Origin: Verrucomicrobiota bacterium
GTDB taxonomy: Bacteria; Verrucomicrobiota; Verrucomicrobiia; Limisphaerales; AAA164-E04
Direction: 5' to 3'
NCBI GenBank assembly: GCA_047947115.1
Contig: CP170459.1
Location: 960,001-1,024,000 of the forward strand
Length of the DNA stretch: 64,000 bases
The position numbers and the translations under genes are program-made. Below the pieces are notes generated by a model. The model was given only the letters and a program-made list of their open reading frames with translations. It was not told the DNA's origin and did not search any database. Within the stretch, counting starts at the first letter, position 1, and the number at the start of each line of letters is the position of its first letter. Positions 62,082-64,000 of this stretch are shown piece after piece.

Positions 62082-62547
62082 CTTTGGAACGGTCAAGCAC
62101 CCAAAGGAAGGTCGGCTCGTCTCGAGGCGCACCCTTGTGATATCCGGACTTTCAAATGCCACGACGGGGCGGTGGTGGAAGCTTGCTACTATTGCTTATC
62201 CATTGATTGATAAAGTGCAGGGTATGGATGCCACAAGGGTTCGCGTCTGGACGAAATGTTCTACCTTCCATCCGTTTCGATCAAATCATAAAATAGGGCA
62301 ACATGCTGACGCATGAACTCCCGGCCTTCTTCATCGACCTCCGCGACGGCAGTCAGGTGTTCCAATGCTTCACGGAATCCGAGAAATCGTTGGGTGGCAT
62401 CGCTAAACAAATCCGGTCCATAGGCCGTACGAATACGATCCAGTTTTATATTTAAAGTAGTGAGCGGATGTTGAATCGAACGTCTCTGCCGTCAGTGGCG
62501 TGCGATTCCTGAATTGACCTGAGGTTGGGTGGAGATAAACTGACGAT

Positions 62548-63855
62548 ATGCCAGAATTGACCAACCCCAAGCGTACCACCCGGACCCGTCGACAATTTAT
62601 CCAGACGGCCACTGCGGCAGCTGCCATCCTTTCCTCGACTGCCTGTCGAACCGTGAGCAGCACCAGAGCCAACAGCAGGATCAATCTGGGCGTTATCGGC
62701 ATCGGACCACGTTGTCGGACGGTTCTGGATGGCATGCTTCCATGGGACGACGTACGATGTGTGGCCATCGCCGACGTGCAGGCCTCACGCCGTTCACAAG
62801 GTAAACAAAAGGTGGATGACTTCTACGGCAACAAGGATTGCGTTCTTTACCATGATTTTCGTGATCTGTTGGCACGCGAGGATATCGATGCGGTCTTGAT
62901 TGCCACAGGCGATCGTTGGCATTCCTCCGCCTCGATTCTGGCAGCGGAGGCGGGTAAGGATGTTTACAGCGAGAAGCCCTGCGGCATCACGATCGATGCC
63001 TGTCAAAAACTGGAAACCGCCATTCTCAAACAAGGGCGCGTATTTCAAGCCGGCACCCAACGTCGCAGCATCCTCAATTTCCAAAAAGCGATTGAGATCG
63101 CCCGGAGCGGAAAGCTGGGAAAGATCCACACCATGCACGCTTCGATCTACGAACCCGTGCTTCAAAATACATGGTTACCTGCCGAACCCCAGCCCGAACC
63201 TGAAGTCTGTGACTGGAACATGTGGTTGGGCCCCGCAGCATGGCGTCCCTACAACCAACAATACGTTAACGGCCGGTGGCGCCGCGAATGGGATTTTGAT
63301 TCGGGTGGCGCGTTGCTCGATTGGGGCGCGCATACCCTGGACCTCTGCCAGGCCGCCAATAATGCGGATGATACCATGCCGGTCGAATACGAACCGCATG
63401 ATGACAAGATCATCTGTCGTTATGCCAATGGCGTAAAACTGGTTTTGGATTTCCTTAAAACTCCTTTTGGCGATCGCTCACCACATTACATCACCCGGCT
63501 CGGCACTTGTCCTGTCAGGTTCGTTGGCGATGAAGGCTGGGTGGAAACCGGTGACAGCGGGGAGATTGTGGTGAACCCCTCATCCCGTTATCAGGAACTC
63601 GTCGGAAATCTGGAACGCGTCAACGGACTCGGCGTCAGCAGTCATGCCCGCGATTTCTTCGATGCCATCCGTTCGCGCGGTACTACCCGAGCCAACGCCA
63701 CCGTGATGCGCCGTTCCCACATTGCATGTCATGCCGCCGCCATCTCGTGGATCCTCGGACGCACCTTGCGGATCGATCCAAACACGGACACCTTTATCAA
63801 CGACTCGGACGCGAATGGCCTTCGCTCACGCCCGGATCGTGATTGGATGATTTGA
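62548..63855 (+). CDS. Tat-exported Gfo/Idh/MocA oxidoreductase
   Basis: TRRQFI Tat motif, IGIG, ATGDRWH, GKDVYSEKP, QAGTQRRS, DWGAH. Confidence 0.92.
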   Translation: MPELTNPKRTTRTRRQFIQTATAAAAILSSTACRTVSSTRANSRINLGVIGIGPRCRTVLDGMLPWDDVRCVAIADVQASRRSQGKQKVDDFYGNKDCVLYHDFRDLLAREDIDAVLIATGDRWHSSASILAAEAGKDVYSEKPCGITIDACQKLETAILKQGRVFQAGTQRRSILNFQKAIEIARSGKLGKIHTMHASIYEPVLQNTWLPAEPQPEPEVCDWNMWLGPAAWRPYNQQYVNGRWRREWDFDSGGALLDWGAHTLDLCQAANNADDTMPVEYEPHDDKIICRYANGVKLVLDFLKTPFGDRSPHYITRLGTCPVRFVGDEGWVETGDSGEIVVNPSSRYQELVGNLERVNGLGVSSHARDFFDAIRSRGTTRANATVMRRSHIACHAAAISWILGRTLRIDPNTDTFINDSDANGLRSRPDRDWMI

Positions 63856-64000
63856 TGCAATCGGTTTTCGCGCATTTCAATGCAGTGTTACTGGCTGCCT
63901 TCTTTCTAAATCTGGAAGGTTCAGCCAACCTGTATGCCGCCGCCAGGCAGGAGACATTCAAAGTCACCCGTCGGCTTCCACATGATCCCGATGCCTACAC
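63855..64000 (+). CDS. Probable glutaminyl-peptide cyclotransferase, 5' part only
   Basis: TGATG coupling to the previous gene; signal peptide then FKVTRRLPHDPDAYT, resembling the PHD..A(F/Y)TQG N-terminal motif; only 48 codons visible. Confidence 0.6.
   Translation, partial: MQSVFAHFNAVLLAAFFLNLEGSANLYAAARQETFKVTRRLPHDPDAY

Noticed and set aside
62100..62270. Degenerate inverted pair GGAAGGTCGGCTCGTC... / ...GACGAAATGTTCTACCTTCC
   Set aside because: Too degenerate to call a REP or MITE without other copies

Overview
Bacterial chromosomal window, most likely Verrucomicrobiota or another PVC member. This is inferred from the [13 protein letters not shown] prepilin/H-X9-DG proteins, sulfatases, and CotH/lamin-tail and ASPIC-UnbV proteins. 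Left to right: (1) a secreted hydrolase/prepilin cluster (0.7-7.7 kb); (2) a hemE-hemN-hemG(Y)-hemH operon; (3) tRNA-Arg(CCT), followed by nested IS66/IS21 debris and a visibly AT-rich island of about 11 kb. The island encodes an all-cytoplasmic multi-kinase signalling module: two kinases lacking the phospho-His, one HisKA protein without a recognisable ATPase domain, a LOV-like PAS kinase, a divergent cysteine hydrolase and two response regulators; an IS5 splits one kinase. (4) A 55-aa orphan lasso-peptide-type precursor missed by the ORF track (28651-28818); (5) a cluster of large exported proteins: two CotH kinases, two FG-GAP/ASPIC-UnbV proteins and a five-repeat acidic protein split by a 1-nt frameshift; (6) a sulfatase, a RelE-type TA pair, an ISL3 nested in an IS1182-like element and a decaying pckG; (7) a signal-peptide-bearing Rhs protein with a HExxH toxin tip and a candidate immunity gene; (8) dprA, DUF1802, maf, an oxidoreductase and the start of a glutaminyl cyclase. 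All calls come from reading motifs by eye; no database searches were run.
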